In this document: positions 36,193 to 46,348 of the stretch, piece after piece
How the letters are laid out: each line of letters opens with the position of its first letter
Position numbering within the stretch: the stretch's first letter is position 1
Assembly (NCBI GenBank): GCA_964450755.1
Contig: CAYVDJ010000100.1
Coordinates: forward strand, 1,665 to 65,664
Direction: 5' to 3'
Length of the DNA stretch: 64,000 nucleotides
DNA from: an uncultured Campylobacterales bacterium
GTDB taxonomy: Bacteria; Campylobacterota; Campylobacteria; Campylobacterales; JAADDG01
The notes under the pieces: model-generated
Databases searched by the model: none
Seen by the model: the letters and a program-made list of their open reading frames with translations, nothing else
Told to the model about the DNA's origin: nothing
Made by a program: the position numbers and the translations under genes

Positions 36193-36879
36193 ATGAATGC
36201 ACTTGAACTTTATGCCAAAATAGAGCCGATGATAGGGTTTTATGAGGAGTATGAAAAACTTTATGACATCTATATAGATATCTTGAAATCTTTAAAAATC
36301 AAAAAAGTTTTGGATATCGGTTGCGGTAACGGCAGGATGCTTGTAAAGCTGAAAAATGAAAAATTTGAAGCTTTGGGGATAGAGAGAAGTTCTAAAATGG
36401 TAAAGAACTCTTTGGAAAAAGGGGTCAATGCCAAAAAGATTGATCTTTGTGATGTAAAAGGCGAATTTGACGCTCTTATAGGGGTGGGAGATGTTTTTAA
36501 CTATATGGATGAAAAAGAGTTGAAAAGTTTTTTTGAGTGTTCAAAAAGAGTGCTTAAAAAGGGCGGATTTTTTATAGGAGATATCAATACTCTTTTTGGT
36601 TTTGAAGAGATAACCCAGGGAGTTATGATAAAAGAGCAGAAGGAGAGATTTTTAGCGATAGAGGCTCTTTTTGAAGATGAAAAACTATATACCGATATAT
36701 TTTTGTTTGAAAAAAACAATAATTGTTACAAAAAAGAGTATGCCCGTATCGTACAGTACTTTTATAGTTCAAAAAGGATAGAAAAACTAAGCAGATATAC
36801 TCTTTGGAACAAAAAAGAGATTAAACTCTTCAGCGATATAAAATCGGATAAAGAGATACTTATATTAAAAAATGTATAA
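36193..36879 (+). CDS. Class I SAM-dependent methyltransferase
   Basis: 228 aa with motif I VLDIGCGNGRM. The start abuts the ridA stop. Confidence 0.75.
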   Translation: MNALELYAKIEPMIGFYEEYEKLYDIYIDILKSLKIKKVLDIGCGNGRMLVKLKNEKFEALGIERSSKMVKNSLEKGVNAKKIDLCDVKGEFDALIGVGDVFNYMDEKELKSFFECSKRVLKKGGFFIGDINTLFGFEEITQGVMIKEQKERFLAIEALFEDEKLYTDIFLFEKNNNCYKKEYARIVQYFYSSKRIEKLSRYTLWNKKEIKLFSDIKSDKEILILKNV

Positions 36880-36924
36880 TAGCGGCAATTTTTTAACCAT
36901 ATTTTTGAGACGGGAATAAAAAAG

Positions 36925-38031
36925 TTGAATATTAAAACAAAAAAAGAGGTTTTCACAACACCTCTTTATCTTGAGAGCGGTCGTATTTTAGAACCTTATG
37001 AGATAGTTTATGAAACATACGGTCATCTGAATAAAGATAAAAGCAATGTAGTAGTCGTATGTCATGCCCTTACCGGAAGTCATCATGCCGCAGGTCTGTA
37101 TGAGGGAGAGAGAAAACCGGGGTGGTGGAATTCCCTTATAGGAAAAGGCAAAGCCATCGATACGGAGAAATATTTTGTTATCTGCTCAAATGTGATAGGA
37201 AGCTGTTTTGGTTCGACAGGACCTATGAGTGAGATGTATCCCTCCTTAAAGCCTTACAGATTGAAATTTCCTGTTATTACGATAAAAGATATGGTCAAAG
37301 CTCAGAGAATTTTATTTGATCGCCTTGGTATTTATGAAGCCCATGCCGTTATCGGAGGTTCCATGGGAGGTATGCAGGCTCTTACCTTTGCTGTCGAATA
37401 TCCCAATTTTGCCAAAAAAGCTATCGTTTTGGCAGCGACTTATGCTACACAGCCTTGGGCTATAGCTTTTAACAAGGTGGCAAGAGAGGCTATCATCAAA
37501 GATCCTCTCTTTGAAGAAGGCAGATATGATCCAAACGAGATAAAAGAGAAGATGATGGCAGGTTTGGCAGTAGGAAGGATGAGTGGATATATAAGCTATT
37601 TAAGTCCCGATTCTATGCAGAAAAAATTTGGCAGAAATTATGTTGATACGGACGGTCTGTATGAACTTTACGGAAGATTTCAGGTAGAGAGGTATCTTGA
37701 TTATAACGGATACAATTTTATATCATGGTTTGACCCTTTAAGTTATCTTTATATTACAAAAGCCATCAATATCTTTGATATAAGCAGAAACTACGACTCT
37801 TTGGAGGAGGCGTTGGGAAGGATAAAAAACCATCTTCATCTTATATCTTTTAAAAGTGATCTGCTCTTTTTGCCCTCCGAGATGGAGATGATTGAAAAGA
37901 CTATGAGTCAAATCGGTAAAGAAAATATTTGCAGTTACCGTTGTATTGACAGTGATTACGGTCATGATGCCTTTTTGGTAGAGGTTGAAAAGTTTGATTT
38001 TTATATAAAAGAGATTTTGGAGAAGATATGA
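36925..38031 (+). CDS. metX: Homoserine O-acetyltransferase
   Basis: 368 aa. Alpha/beta-hydrolase nucleophile elbow GGSMGGMQAL, CHALTGSHH and SDYGHDAFL. TTG start. Confidence 0.9.
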   Translation: MNIKTKKEVFTTPLYLESGRILEPYEIVYETYGHLNKDKSNVVVVCHALTGSHHAAGLYEGERKPGWWNSLIGKGKAIDTEKYFVICSNVIGSCFGSTGPMSEMYPSLKPYRLKFPVITIKDMVKAQRILFDRLGIYEAHAVIGGSMGGMQALTFAVEYPNFAKKAIVLAATYATQPWAIAFNKVAREAIIKDPLFEEGRYDPNEIKEKMMAGLAVGRMSGYISYLSPDSMQKKFGRNYVDTDGLYELYGRFQVERYLDYNGYNFISWFDPLSYLYITKAINIFDISRNYDSLEEALGRIKNHLHLISFKSDLLFLPSEMEMIEKTMSQIGKENICSYRCIDSDYGHDAFLVEVEKFDFYIKEILEKI

Positions 38032-38219
38032 AAAACGGAGATTTTGAGAAAAAGATAGAAAAGGCGAAAGAAATTTTAAATTCTCTTATGGATCCTGAAA
38101 TTACTTTGAATGAGAGTATGAAAAAGTATAAAGAGGGGATAAAAGAGCTAAAAGAGGCAAACAAAATGCTTGAGAAGGCAAAGCTTGAATTTGAAGAGCT
38201 GAAGGAGGCAAAAGAGTGA
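38028..38219 (+). CDS. xseB: Exodeoxyribonuclease VII small subunit
   Basis: 63 aa with FEKKIEKAKEILNSL...LNESMKKYKEGIKEL, typical of XseB. 4-nt overlap with metX. Confidence 0.75.
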   Translation: MKNGDFEKKIEKAKEILNSLMDPEITLNESMKKYKEGIKELKEANKMLEKAKLEFEELKEAKE

Positions 38220-39016
38220 TACAGGTTGCCGCTCTTCAGCTTCCAACTCTTCCGATGAGCAAATCAAAGCTTGATTATTATCTTAGAGTCTGTAAAAGAA
38301 AAGATATTAAAATAGTTGTTTTGGGAGAGTATGTATTAAACAGTTTTTTTAAAGAGATAGAGAAAATGACTCTCTCTATGGTAAAAGAGCAGTCCAAACA
38401 TAAATTGGAAATATTAAAAGAACTCTCTTTTCAATATAAAATTACGATTATAGCTCCCTTTATTCTCTTTAAAAACGGCAAAAAATACAAAACTGTTATA
38501 AAAGTATCTCCAAATTCCATTCGTTACTATTATCAAAATTTTCTGATTAATTATAAACACTGGAATGAAGAGGAATTTTTTGATAATGAAATAAACGATA
38601 AACTTCATATGATGACTTTTACATTTGAGGGTGTCAGATTGGGAGTTATAGCCGGTTTTGAGGTTCATTTTGATCCCATTTGGATAAATCTTTTCAAAAA
38701 AAAGGTGGATGCTGTTTTGATTCCTTCTGTTTCCACATTTGATTCTTTGAATAAATGGAACGAGATACTAAAAACAAGGGCTTTTTTAAACGGAATGTAT
38801 ATCATAAGGGTCAATAGAATAGGCGAATATAAAGAGAACAATACAAAATGGGAATTTTACGGAAACAGCTCTTTTATATGCCCCGACGGACATATGGAAG
38901 CTTATCTTGGGGATAAAGAAGAGATGCTTATAGCCGATATAAGCAAGAAAAATGCGCAATATGCAAAAAAAATATGGGGTTTTAGAAACCATTTGGAAAA
39001 AAGGAATTTATTATGA
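38216..39016 (+). CDS. Carbon-nitrogen hydrolase (nitrilase-superfamily)-like protein, possibly lacking the nucleophile Cys
   Basis: 266 aa. The VVLGEY (Glu) and YKHW (Lys) regions fit the family. The expected ..ICYD.. strand reads VIAGFEVHF. GTG start in a GTGA overlap with xseB. Confidence 0.6.
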   Translation: MIQVAALQLPTLPMSKSKLDYYLRVCKRKDIKIVVLGEYVLNSFFKEIEKMTLSMVKEQSKHKLEILKELSFQYKITIIAPFILFKNGKKYKTVIKVSPNSIRYYYQNFLINYKHWNEEEFFDNEINDKLHMMTFTFEGVRLGVIAGFEVHFDPIWINLFKKKVDAVLIPSVSTFDSLNKWNEILKTRAFLNGMYIIRVNRIGEYKENNTKWEFYGNSSFICPDGHMEAYLGDKEEMLIADISKKNAQYAKKIWGFRNHLEKRNLL

Positions 39017-39720
39017 TAGATACGGAAGGGACTTTTTTAGAACCCTCTTACAAAGAGTATTTTTACAAGCAGATAGAGCTTTGGGGGGAAGAGACGCAAA
39101 ATTCTCTCCAATCCAAAAAAGTTGCCATTATAGGGTGTGGGGGGCTTGGCTGTTCTCTTGGGGTATCGCTTGGATCAAGCGGTATAGGAGAATTTCATAT
39201 TGTGGATTTTGATAAGGTAAGCGCTTACAATATTCACAGACAGATAGCTTTCAAAGAGGGAGATGAAGGGAGATTTAAAGCTCATCTTTTAAGTGAGATA
39301 ATAGAAGACAGATGTTCTTATACAAAAGTTTATCCCCACTGTAAGGATTTTGAATCCTTTTGTGAACTTGACAATATGGAACTTGATTTGATCATAGATG
39401 CTACGGATAATCTGGAAGTAAGAGCAAAAATAGACAAATATGCCAAAGAGAAAAATATTCCGTGGATTTACGGATCTGTGGAGGAGTTTCACGGTCATGT
39501 CTGTTTTTTTGACAAAAGTGGTTTTGATGCCTTTAAGATAAATGACAGAAAGCCAAAAGGCATAGCAGCTCCGATAGTTATGCATATAGCATCTTTACAG
39601 GCAAATCTGGCTCTTAGATATCTTGCAAATCTTCCCGTGGTAAAAGATTTGCTCTATTATATAAGCTTTGACGAAAATGGGCAGATGGTTACAGAAAAGT
39701 TTAAAATGCCTTTGGTTTAA
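39013..39720 (+). CDS. ThiF/MoeB/HesA-family E1-like adenylyltransferase
   Basis: 235 aa with IIGCGGLGCSLG (GxGxxG), NIHRQ and IIDATDN motifs. ATGA overlap with the upstream gene. Confidence 0.8.
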   Translation: MIDTEGTFLEPSYKEYFYKQIELWGEETQNSLQSKKVAIIGCGGLGCSLGVSLGSSGIGEFHIVDFDKVSAYNIHRQIAFKEGDEGRFKAHLLSEIIEDRCSYTKVYPHCKDFESFCELDNMELDLIIDATDNLEVRAKIDKYAKEKNIPWIYGSVEEFHGHVCFFDKSGFDAFKINDRKPKGIAAPIVMHIASLQANLALRYLANLPVVKDLLYYISFDENGQMVTEKFKMPLV

Positions 39721-39813
39721 GAAAAGGTTAATTTTTCTTATAAATATATTTTTTTATATACCAATTTAACAAATTATCTTATAATAGATAAAATTTTTTA
39801 TAAAGGATGGTAA

Positions 39814-40257
39814 ATGGGACTTTTTGATTTTGCAAAAGAGATAGGACATAAACTTTTTGGTTCCAAAGATGAGGCACCTCAAAAGATTCAAGAGCATATA
39901 CAAGAGGATAATCCCGGAATCGAGAATCTTGAAGTAAAGATGGATGAAAACGGTACGGTTTCACTCTCAGGAGATGCCTCTTCACAAGAAGCAATGGAAA
40001 AAGCGGTTTTAATGGCAGGAAATATAGAAGGTGTTTCCAATGTTGATGTCAGTGCTTTAAATACGCCAGAAGAAGAGAATGAAATAAAGGTTGAATATTA
40101 TACTATCCAAAAGGGTGATACTCTGTGGAAAATAGCTGCAAAATTTTACGGAAACGGCGCCAAATATACCAAGATAGTAGAAGATAACAAAGAGGTTATA
40201 AAAGATGCCGATAAAATTTTCCCGGGACAGAAGATAAGAATAGTTTTGGAAGTATGA
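39814..40257 (+). CDS. ygaU: BON + LysM domain protein (YgaU/Kbp-like)
   Basis: 147 aa. N-terminus MGLFDFAKEIGHKLFG and C-terminal LysM YTIQKGDTLWKIAAKFYGNG...IFPGQKIRI closely resemble E. coli YgaU. Confidence 0.8.
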   Translation: MGLFDFAKEIGHKLFGSKDEAPQKIQEHIQEDNPGIENLEVKMDENGTVSLSGDASSQEAMEKAVLMAGNIEGVSNVDVSALNTPEEENEIKVEYYTIQKGDTLWKIAAKFYGNGAKYTKIVEDNKEVIKDADKIFPGQKIRIVLEV

Positions 40258-40304
40258 GGTAATTATAAATTATCTCATACTTTAGCATAAAAGGAGAGAA
40301 AAAG

Positions 40305-40856
40305 GTGGGGAAAATTAAAATAGTTTTTTTATTGTCTCTTATTCCGTTTGTTTTACAAGCGGGATGGGACCCTTACAGAGCTAAAAAAACAGATTTTATT
40401 GGTGTTAAAGATTATAAAATTAATCGAACAATAAGACTTTTTTTAAAAAAACAGCCCAGGTTAAAACTTTTCTTCCAAAAAGCGTACGGATATGTAGTTT
40501 TTCCTATGATAGGAAAAGGTGGAATGGGATTTGGTGTTGCTTATGGAGAAGGTAAGGTTTACAGAAAAAACTCCCTTATAGGAAAAAGTACTTTAACTCA
40601 GGTTTCAGTTGGTTTTCAGCTTGGAGGACAAGGTTATAGTGAAATAATATTTTTTAAAGATAAAAAAGCATTGGACAGACTTAAAAAAGGCGATTTTACT
40701 TTAAGCGCACAAGCTTCGGCAGTTGTGGTAAAAACGGGAATCTCGGTAGATATTGATTACAGTGACGGAGTTGCTGTTTTTACTCTGCCTAAAGTCGGTC
40801 TTATGTATGAAGCAAGTGTAGGCGGACAGAAGTTTAGTTTTACTCCATATTATTAG
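40305..40856 (+). CDS. Exported SYLF (Ysc84/DUF500)-domain protein
   Basis: 183 aa with a signal-like N-terminus and a VGFQLGGQGYSEIIFF...ASAVVVKTG pattern. GTG start. Confidence 0.55.
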   Translation: MGKIKIVFLLSLIPFVLQAGWDPYRAKKTDFIGVKDYKINRTIRLFLKKQPRLKLFFQKAYGYVVFPMIGKGGMGFGVAYGEGKVYRKNSLIGKSTLTQVSVGFQLGGQGYSEIIFFKDKKALDRLKKGDFTLSAQASAVVVKTGISVDIDYSDGVAVFTLPKVGLMYEASVGGQKFSFTPYY

Positions 40857-40863
40857 GAACAGT

Positions 40864-41991
40864 ATGTATTTTGAAAAGTATCCTTTTGAAAAATTGAATG
40901 AGTTGTTAAAAGATGTTATACCCTCAAACAGATATGAACCTATGACTCTTACTATCGGAGAACCTCAGTTTGAAACTCCTTCTTTTATCCAAGATGAACT
41001 TAAAAAGACAATTCCTCTTTTAAACAAATATCCAAAAAGCGGTGGAGAAGAATTTTTAAAAAAAGCTCAAAGAGATTTTGTTGAAAGAAGATTTGGAATA
41101 AAATTGAGAAAAGATGAACTTTTGCCGACTTTTGGAACAAGAGAACTTCTTTTTAACTTTCCCCAGTTTTTTCTTTTTGACAAAGAAGAGCCTGTTATGG
41201 CTTTTACAAATCCTTTTTATCAGATATATGAAGGAGCTGCGATTGCCTCAAGAGCCAAAATAGTTTATTTAGATCTCTCTAAAGAAAATAATTTTTTACC
41301 CGATATAAATAATGAAAGCTTAAAAGAGTGCGATCTTGTTATTTTAAATTTTCCGAACAATCCGACAGCAGGTGTTTTGTCATTGGAAGAACTCTCCTTG
41401 TGGGTTAAAAAAGCTTTGGAATTTGATTTTGTGTTAATGAATGATGAGTGTTACAGTGAGATTTATATCAACAAGCCGCACTCTTTGCTTGAAGCTTCAA
41501 AGCTTGTAGGCAATAGTGATTTTAAAAATATTTTGGTATTAAATTCCATATCCAAAAGAAGTTCCGCACCCGGACTCAGATCGGGCTTTATAGCGGGAGA
41601 CAGAAAGATTTTAAAAGAGTATTTAAGATACAGAACATATACAGGGTGTGCTTCTCCTTTGCCTCTTCAGTATGCTGCTGCGGCTGCATGGGAAGATGAA
41701 GAGCATGTAAAAAAAAGCAAAGAAGGATATAAAAAGAATTTTCTTATTGCAAAGGAAATTTTGGATATCAAAATTCCCGATGCCACTTTTTATATCTGGA
41801 TGGAGGTAAAAGATGATATCTCTTTTACAAAAAAACTTTATGAAAAGAAAAATCTAAAAGTGCTTCCGGGGTCTTATCTTGGAAGAGAGGGAGCGGGAGA
41901 GGGCTATATCCGTATCGCTCTTGTAGAGAATGAAAAAAGAACGAAAGAGGCTATGGAGAGAATCAGAGATTTTATCAAGGAGGAGTCGTGA
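40864..41991 (+). CDS. Class I/II PLP-dependent aminotransferase (DapC/AspC-like)
   Basis: 375 aa with NFPNNPTA and the PLP-lysine motif NSISKRSSAPGLRSGF. Confidence 0.8.
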   Translation: MYFEKYPFEKLNELLKDVIPSNRYEPMTLTIGEPQFETPSFIQDELKKTIPLLNKYPKSGGEEFLKKAQRDFVERRFGIKLRKDELLPTFGTRELLFNFPQFFLFDKEEPVMAFTNPFYQIYEGAAIASRAKIVYLDLSKENNFLPDINNESLKECDLVILNFPNNPTAGVLSLEELSLWVKKALEFDFVLMNDECYSEIYINKPHSLLEASKLVGNSDFKNILVLNSISKRSSAPGLRSGFIAGDRKILKEYLRYRTYTGCASPLPLQYAAAAAWEDEEHVKKSKEGYKKNFLIAKEILDIKIPDATFYIWMEVKDDISFTKKLYEKKNLKVLPGSYLGREGAGEGYIRIALVENEKRTKEAMERIRDFIKEES

Positions 41992-43301
41992 GCAAAAAGG
42001 TTCATTTTATAGGGATAGGCGGAATAGGGCTTTCTGCACTTGCAAGATATCTGAAAAAGAACGGATATGTCATCAGCGGTTCGGATATAAAAGAGACACC
42101 CATAACAAGAAGTCTCAGAAAAGAGGGGATAAAAGTCAGTGTTCCCCATTCTAAAGAGGCGATAGAAGATCAAGATATCGTTATCTATTCTGCCGTTATC
42201 AAAGATGATAATGTCGAAATGAGAGAGGCAAGGAAAAAAGGTGCATTGGTGCTTTCGAGAAAAGATGCTCTTCCTTGGATTTTGGCAAACAAGAAGGTTT
42301 TTGCCGTTGGGGGCGCCCACGGAAAAAGCACTACAAGCGCAATGCTCGCTTCCATCATAGACGGATCGGTTATCATCGGTGCCGAAAGCAAACAGTTTGG
42401 ATCAAATATGCACTATAAAAAGAGCGATTATATCGTCTTTGAGGCAGATGAGAGTGATGAGAGTTTTTTAAATTCAAATCCTTACATAGCCATCATAACA
42501 AATGCAGAGCCAGAACACATGGAGCATTATGGTTATGATTATGAAAAATTTTACAATGCTTATGAAGAGTTTATAAGAAAAGCGAAAATCAGAGTTTTTA
42601 ACGCCGAAGATGATTTTCTATCCACACTTGATGATATAGAAGCGATAAGACTCTATCCGAGCAGAGATATAAAAGAGATCAAAACAGTGATCATCGACAA
42701 AGAGCCTTATACCTCGTTCATTTTAAAAGATTTGGGAACTTTTGAGGTATGGGGGATAGGAGAACATATAGCTATCGATGCTTCATTGAGTATCCTTGCG
42801 GCTCTTAATGAAAAAAATCTTGAAGATGTAAAAAGAGAGATTAGAAATTACAGAGGTATCAAAAAAAGATTTGATATTTTAGCCCAGACAGATGATTATA
42901 TACTCATAGATGATTACGGACACCATCCGACAGAGATAAAAGCCACGATCAGATCGGCAAGTGAATACGCAAAACTGATGAATATCAAAAAGATTGTAGC
43001 TATCTGGCAGCCACACAAATATTCAAGAACCGTTGATAATCTTGACAAGTTTGTAGAGTGTTTTGAAGGGGTGGACGAGCTTATCATACTTCCTGTCTGG
43101 AATGTCGGAGAAAAAGAGATTGAGATCGATTTTGAGAGATATTTTAAAAAATATAATCCCAAATTTGCCGATAAAATAAGAAGAGACAGTGATAAAATAA
43201 AGCTTTTAAAGAGTCAGACAAGCATAGAGGAAGTAAGAGACGGTTTGATTATCGGATTTGGTGCCGGAGATATCACATATCAGTTAAGGGGTGCCTTGTA
43301 A
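41988..43301 (+). CDS. murC: UDP-N-acetylmuramate--L-alanine ligase
   Basis: 437 aa with HFIGIGGIGLSALA, GAHGKSTT and DDYGHHPTE motifs. GTG start overlaps the upstream stop. Confidence 0.93.
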   Translation: MSKKVHFIGIGGIGLSALARYLKKNGYVISGSDIKETPITRSLRKEGIKVSVPHSKEAIEDQDIVIYSAVIKDDNVEMREARKKGALVLSRKDALPWILANKKVFAVGGAHGKSTTSAMLASIIDGSVIIGAESKQFGSNMHYKKSDYIVFEADESDESFLNSNPYIAIITNAEPEHMEHYGYDYEKFYNAYEEFIRKAKIRVFNAEDDFLSTLDDIEAIRLYPSRDIKEIKTVIIDKEPYTSFILKDLGTFEVWGIGEHIAIDASLSILAALNEKNLEDVKREIRNYRGIKKRFDILAQTDDYILIDDYGHHPTEIKATIRSASEYAKLMNIKKIVAIWQPHKYSRTVDNLDKFVECFEGVDELIILPVWNVGEKEIEIDFERYFKKYNPKFADKIRRDSDKIKLLKSQTSIEEVRDGLIIGFGAGDITYQLRGAL

Positions 43302-43302
43302 A

Positions 43303-43650
43303 ATGCAAATCATACTCTTTTTTATCGTAGTTGTTTTAATCATCATACTTTTTGCTATTATAAAAAGCAATTTTTCTTTAAAAAACAAACTGGTATTTTT
43401 CTTTATTCTGTTCTCTTTGATACTGAGTGCTTTTGTTTATGAAGCTAAACTTTCGGACAAAGAGGATAGAAACAGAGTGGTAATTAATGCTTTTAATCAG
43501 GGAAAATCGATATATTGTGAAAATAATGAAGTAAACAGTTCCTATTTTTTGTTAAATTTTGGTACACTCTCTTTTGTTCCCAAAGAGGATAAAACTGAAT
43601 TTAAAGGAGTTGTCTATCCTGTTGAAAAATGTAGTAAAATCCATAAATAG
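43303..43650 (+). CDS. Small membrane-anchored hypothetical protein
   Basis: The ATG at 43303, directly after the murC stop, gives MQIILFFIVVVLIIILFAII... with two N-terminal hydrophobic helices. Confidence 0.5.
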   Translation: MQIILFFIVVVLIIILFAIIKSNFSLKNKLVFFFILFSLILSAFVYEAKLSDKEDRNRVVINAFNQGKSIYCENNEVNSSYFLLNFGTLSFVPKEDKTEFKGVVYPVEKCSKIHK

Positions 43651-43662
43651 TACCCTTTTTAG

Positions 43663-45867
43663 ATGAAATCTTTGTTGTCAAAACTGGATCTGTCCGATTT
43701 TATAGACTATTTTTATGTTTTTCTCTCACGCAAAAAACCTCTTTTTATAGAGGGAGATGTAAATCTGCATCATAAATTTATAAAAGAGATCTCAAAACTT
43801 GACTTTACGCCTCCAAAAAAAGTGCAAAATTTGGATACCCAGCTTATGCATTTAAAAAAATTCGGTGTTTTAAAGATATATGAGATCTATGAGTTTGTAA
43901 AAATAATAAATTATTTCAGATACTTAAAAACTCTCTCTTTTGAGGGCAGTGTTTCCAACTGGCTTGAGAAAATAATCATACCCGAAGAGGTGATAAAAAT
44001 ATGCGGATATTTTAACCAAAAAGGCGAATTAAAAGAGGATGTGGATGATCAAATGTACTCCATATCCGTAAATCTGGAGAGAAACAAAGACAAGATAAGA
44101 ACTACGCTAAAGCGTCTTCTCTCTTCAAACAAATTATCAGCGTATCTGGTTGACAGGCAGATACACTATATCAATGAGGTTGAGTCGATTTTGGTAAGAG
44201 GCGGTTTTAACCATGTTCTAAAAGCTACCGTTGCGGGAAGAAGCAGCGGAGGATTTTTCTATGTGGTACCAAACAGTATAGAATCTTTGAAAAAAGAGGA
44301 AGCTGCACTTTTGAGTAAAAAAGATGAGATGATCTTTTCGTATGAAAAAAGCATCTCTTCCACATTTACAAAATTTTTAAAGTTTTTAAGTTATATCAAT
44401 AAAGAGTTTGACAGATTTGATCACTATCAGGCAAGAGTTCAGTTTGCAAAAGAGAAAGATCTTGAATTTATTCTTCCCTCTTCCTCTTCCAAAATCATAT
44501 TAAAAGATTTTGTTCATCCTGCTTTACATGATCCAAAACCGGTCAGTGTCAATTTTGAAAAAAAGATTTTGATGATAACCGGAGTCAATGCCGGTGGAAA
44601 AACGATGCTTTTAAAATCCATTTTATCAAGTGTGTTTTTGGCAAAATATCTTCTTCCCATGCAAATAGACAAACATCATTCCAAAATAGGACATTTCAAA
44701 GATATTGTAGCCGTTGTGGATGATCCCCAGAATGTCAAAAACGATATCTCAACATTTGCCGGAAGAATGGTGGAGTTTAGCAAACTGTTTGGTAAAAATC
44801 ATTTCATAACCGGAATAGACGAGATAGAGCTTGGAACGGATTCTGACGAAGCGGCATCTCTTTTTAAGGTTATTTTGGAAAAACTGCTTCATAAAAATAT
44901 AAAAATAGTTATCACCACCCATCATAAAAGACTTGCTTCAATGATGGCGACAAATGATGAAGTGGAACTAATGGCGGCTTTATATGATGAAGTAAACAGA
45001 AAACCAACTTATGAGTTTTTACAAGGAACGATAGGAAAAAGTTATGCCTTTGAAACGGCTGTGAGATATGGTATCCCCTCTTCTGTCGTAGCGGAAGCAA
45101 AAGAGGTTTACGGAAAAGACAAAGAGAAGCTAAACGAACTTATCCAAAAAAATATAGAGCTTGAACTCTCCATGAGAGAGAAAAAAAGAGAACTTGAAAA
45201 AGAGCTTTTAAAAGTGCAAAAGCAAAAAAGAAAGCTTGAAGAGGAGAAAGAGAGTTTTGACAGAGAGTTTTATACTCTAAAAAGCAGATATGAAAAAAGC
45301 TATCAAGAAGCGGTGGAAGAGGCAAAAAAAGCTGCAAAAGAGCAGAGCGTTCCTGATATCCACAAAGCTTTGAACAGAGCATACAAAAAGAAACAGGCGG
45401 TTTTTGAGGTTAAAAAAGAGCAGAAAAAACAGAAGATTCAAAAAGGGGATCGGGTAAAATACGGCAAAAACAGAGGTGTTGTACTCTCTTTGAAAAAAGA
45501 TGAAGCGATGATAGAGACAGATGAGGGTATAAAACTGAGAGTTCCTCTCTCAACTTTGAAAAGAAGCGGAAACATTCCGAAAATAAAACCAAAAACAACA
45601 GATATAAAAGTGGAAAAACCACAAAAAAGTTCTGTCACTTTAGACCTTCACGGTCTAAGAAGCCAAGAGGCGGTGGAGAAACTAGATAAATTTATATCTG
45701 ATGCTTTGATCAACGGCTTTGACGAAGTTCTTGTCTATCACGGAATCGGTACCGGAAAACTGGCATATGCCGTAAAAGAGTTTTTAAAAATTCATCCAAA
45801 AATAAAATCATTCGGCGATGCTCCCATAAAAATGGGAGGTTACGGGGCTACGGTGGTTGAGTTATAG
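43663..45867 (+). CDS. mutS2: Endonuclease MutS2 (MutS-II ATPase + C-terminal Smr domain)
   Basis: 734 aa with Walker A GVNAGGKTMLLK, DEIELGTD and Smr motif LDLHGLRSQEA...YHGIGTG. Confidence 0.92.
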   Translation: MKSLLSKLDLSDFIDYFYVFLSRKKPLFIEGDVNLHHKFIKEISKLDFTPPKKVQNLDTQLMHLKKFGVLKIYEIYEFVKIINYFRYLKTLSFEGSVSNWLEKIIIPEEVIKICGYFNQKGELKEDVDDQMYSISVNLERNKDKIRTTLKRLLSSNKLSAYLVDRQIHYINEVESILVRGGFNHVLKATVAGRSSGGFFYVVPNSIESLKKEEAALLSKKDEMIFSYEKSISSTFTKFLKFLSYINKEFDRFDHYQARVQFAKEKDLEFILPSSSSKIILKDFVHPALHDPKPVSVNFEKKILMITGVNAGGKTMLLKSILSSVFLAKYLLPMQIDKHHSKIGHFKDIVAVVDDPQNVKNDISTFAGRMVEFSKLFGKNHFITGIDEIELGTDSDEAASLFKVILEKLLHKNIKIVITTHHKRLASMMATNDEVELMAALYDEVNRKPTYEFLQGTIGKSYAFETAVRYGIPSSVVAEAKEVYGKDKEKLNELIQKNIELELSMREKKRELEKELLKVQKQKRKLEEEKESFDREFYTLKSRYEKSYQEAVEEAKKAAKEQSVPDIHKALNRAYKKKQAVFEVKKEQKKQKIQKGDRVKYGKNRGVVLSLKKDEAMIETDEGIKLRVPLSTLKRSGNIPKIKPKTTDIKVEKPQKSSVTLDLHGLRSQEAVEKLDKFISDALINGFDEVLVYHGIGTGKLAYAVKEFLKIHPKIKSFGDAPIKMGGYGATVVEL

Positions 45868-45886
45868 TCAAAAGAGAGTGAAGATA

Positions 45887-46348
45887 TTAAAAAGACTTGC
45901 TAAACACAGCCGGATTTCCTACATAAACCCCCTCTTTGTCTATATCTTTTGTTACAACCGCCCCTGCGCCTATGATGACATTATCGCAGATTTTAACAGG
46001 CAGGATTGTGGCGTTTGAGCCTATGTGGACATTGTTTCCTATAACTGTTTTTTGCCACTTTGTCGGATCTTTTGAGGGAGAGCCGGATGAGAATTTGTCA
46101 TTTATAAACATTACTCCGTGTCCTATGAAGCAGTTTTTACCGATACTGACCAGTTCACAGATAAAAGAGTGAGATTGTATGCGGCTGTTTTCTCCTATCG
46201 TTACGCCTCTTTGTATTTCACAAAAAGGTCCTACAAAAACATTGTTTTTCAGAGTGCATTCATAGAGATTTACCGGCTCTACGATCACAACATCTTTTCC
46301 CGTTTTTACATCTCTTATTGATACCTGATATCTCATCTTAAAACTCAT
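45887..46348 (-). CDS. Hexapeptide-repeat sugar N-acetyltransferase (WbpD/WlbB-like)
   Basis: 153 aa. Left-handed beta-helix repeats ([27 protein letters not shown]...). Last gene of the operon. Confidence 0.75.
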   Translation of the reverse strand: MSFKMRYQVSIRDVKTGKDVVIVEPVNLYECTLKNNVFVGPFCEIQRGVTIGENSRIQSHSFICELVSIGKNCFIGHGVMFINDKFSSGSPSKDPTKWQKTVIGNNVHIGSNATILPVKICDNVIIGAGAVVTKDIDKEGVYVGNPAVFSKSF

